From NCBI GenBank assembly GCA_030390025.1, contig CM059432.1:70992001-71056000 (forward strand): a DNA stretch of 64,000 nucleotides, given 5' to 3'. Below, piece after piece: positions 63,150-64,000 of the stretch. The notes below the pieces were generated by a model that was not told the origin of the DNA, did not search any database, and saw only the letters and a list, made by a program, of their open reading frames with translations. A program made the position numbers and the translations under genes. The stretch's first letter is position 1. Every line of letters begins with the position of its first letter. The stretch is from Squalus acanthias. Taxonomy: Eukaryota.

Positions 63150-64000
63150 TGCAACTACAAATCTTTACTCTTCCTTTTCCTAGCGCTTCTATGTGGTGCT
63201 ACCCCTGTGGCTTCAGCAGAGGTAGAGGCAGGCCGCTCAGATCCCTGCTCTGACTGTTGAGTTGCTCTTGGCTGATGTCCTCTGGGTTTTGGAGCTCATG
63301 AGGGCCCCTCCAAAGATTGCTCCACCTGCACCTCTGCAGGGGCAGACTCGGCCATCGGGACACAAGGCAGCATGTCGGGTACTGATTGATGTGGAGGCAA
63401 TGGGTGGGAAGTGGATGCGCTTTGAGCCAAGTCCCCACTTCTATGTCCCCTTTCACCATCATCCCTCTCATGGCCCAGCCGCACTTCGCTGCTAGCAATG
63501 AGCTGGAGAACACTTTGCTGCAGATCAGTGGGGCGATGAATGGCCAAGGCTAGGGCATCATTCATACTATTTAAGGTGGCATTCAGAGTGTGCAAGCCAT
63601 TGTTGAAGGCCTGCATGCACTCGTGTGATTGCCGCGTTTAATGCTCTATGCAGGTGGCCACTCTTTCCATGGAAGAAGACAACATCGCAAAAGCCTGCGA
63701 CATCATGCCACTCATACTTGAGACGGACTGCTCCAATCTCTCTGCAATCGTGCACAGTGCGCTTGGAATGCCTACCAGTACATCGCACATTCTCTGCTGC
63801 TGCTCAAGTAGTATCCTGTTCATCGATGGCCCCCGAAGTACTGCCTCTATGTCCAGTTGAGCAGAGCTTGAAGAGTCCTGAGCACTCCGATGTGGACTCT
63901 CCACTGCTGTCCCTGACTCCACCATCCGCTCTTGCTCACTTGTGAAGTGCGAGTCACCAGGTGAAAACCCAATTATCTCTGTAACTGGTCCCACCGAAGT
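63150..64000 (-). pseudogene. Degenerate Harbinger Myb-gene last exon (continues beyond the window)
   Basis: VESGTAVESPHRSAQDSSSSA matches VETGTAVESPRWRAQDSPSSA at 6249. Confidence 0.75.

Overview
Repeat-dense vertebrate genomic DNA. The SINE, CR1 and Penelope families point to a cartilaginous fish (shark); this is an inference. No host protein-coding exon could be recognised. The window is dominated by PIF/Harbinger DNA transposons: about nine copies derived from two-gene elements (DDE transposase of the HARBI1 family plus a convergent, usually spliced Myb/SANT gene) and many Harbinger-type MITEs with GGGG...AAATT or GGGC...ATTTT termini and 3-bp TSDs. Between them lie CR1 and L2 LINE fragments, Deu-domain and V-SINE-like tRNA SINEs, Penelope-like remnants carrying minimal hammerhead ribozymes, a 1525-bp solo LTR and three tandem repeats. 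Best findings: (1) a nearly intact, candidate autonomous Harbinger at 34464-38806; (2) a solo LTR precisely splitting another Harbinger transposase inside a multi-layer nest; (3) apparent co-variation between Myb recognition helix and subterminal motifs; (4) the same transposase-core deletion in two diverged elements; (5) a palindromic double-hammerhead insertion. I found no system I can honestly call a new class; the novelty here is at family or mechanism level.
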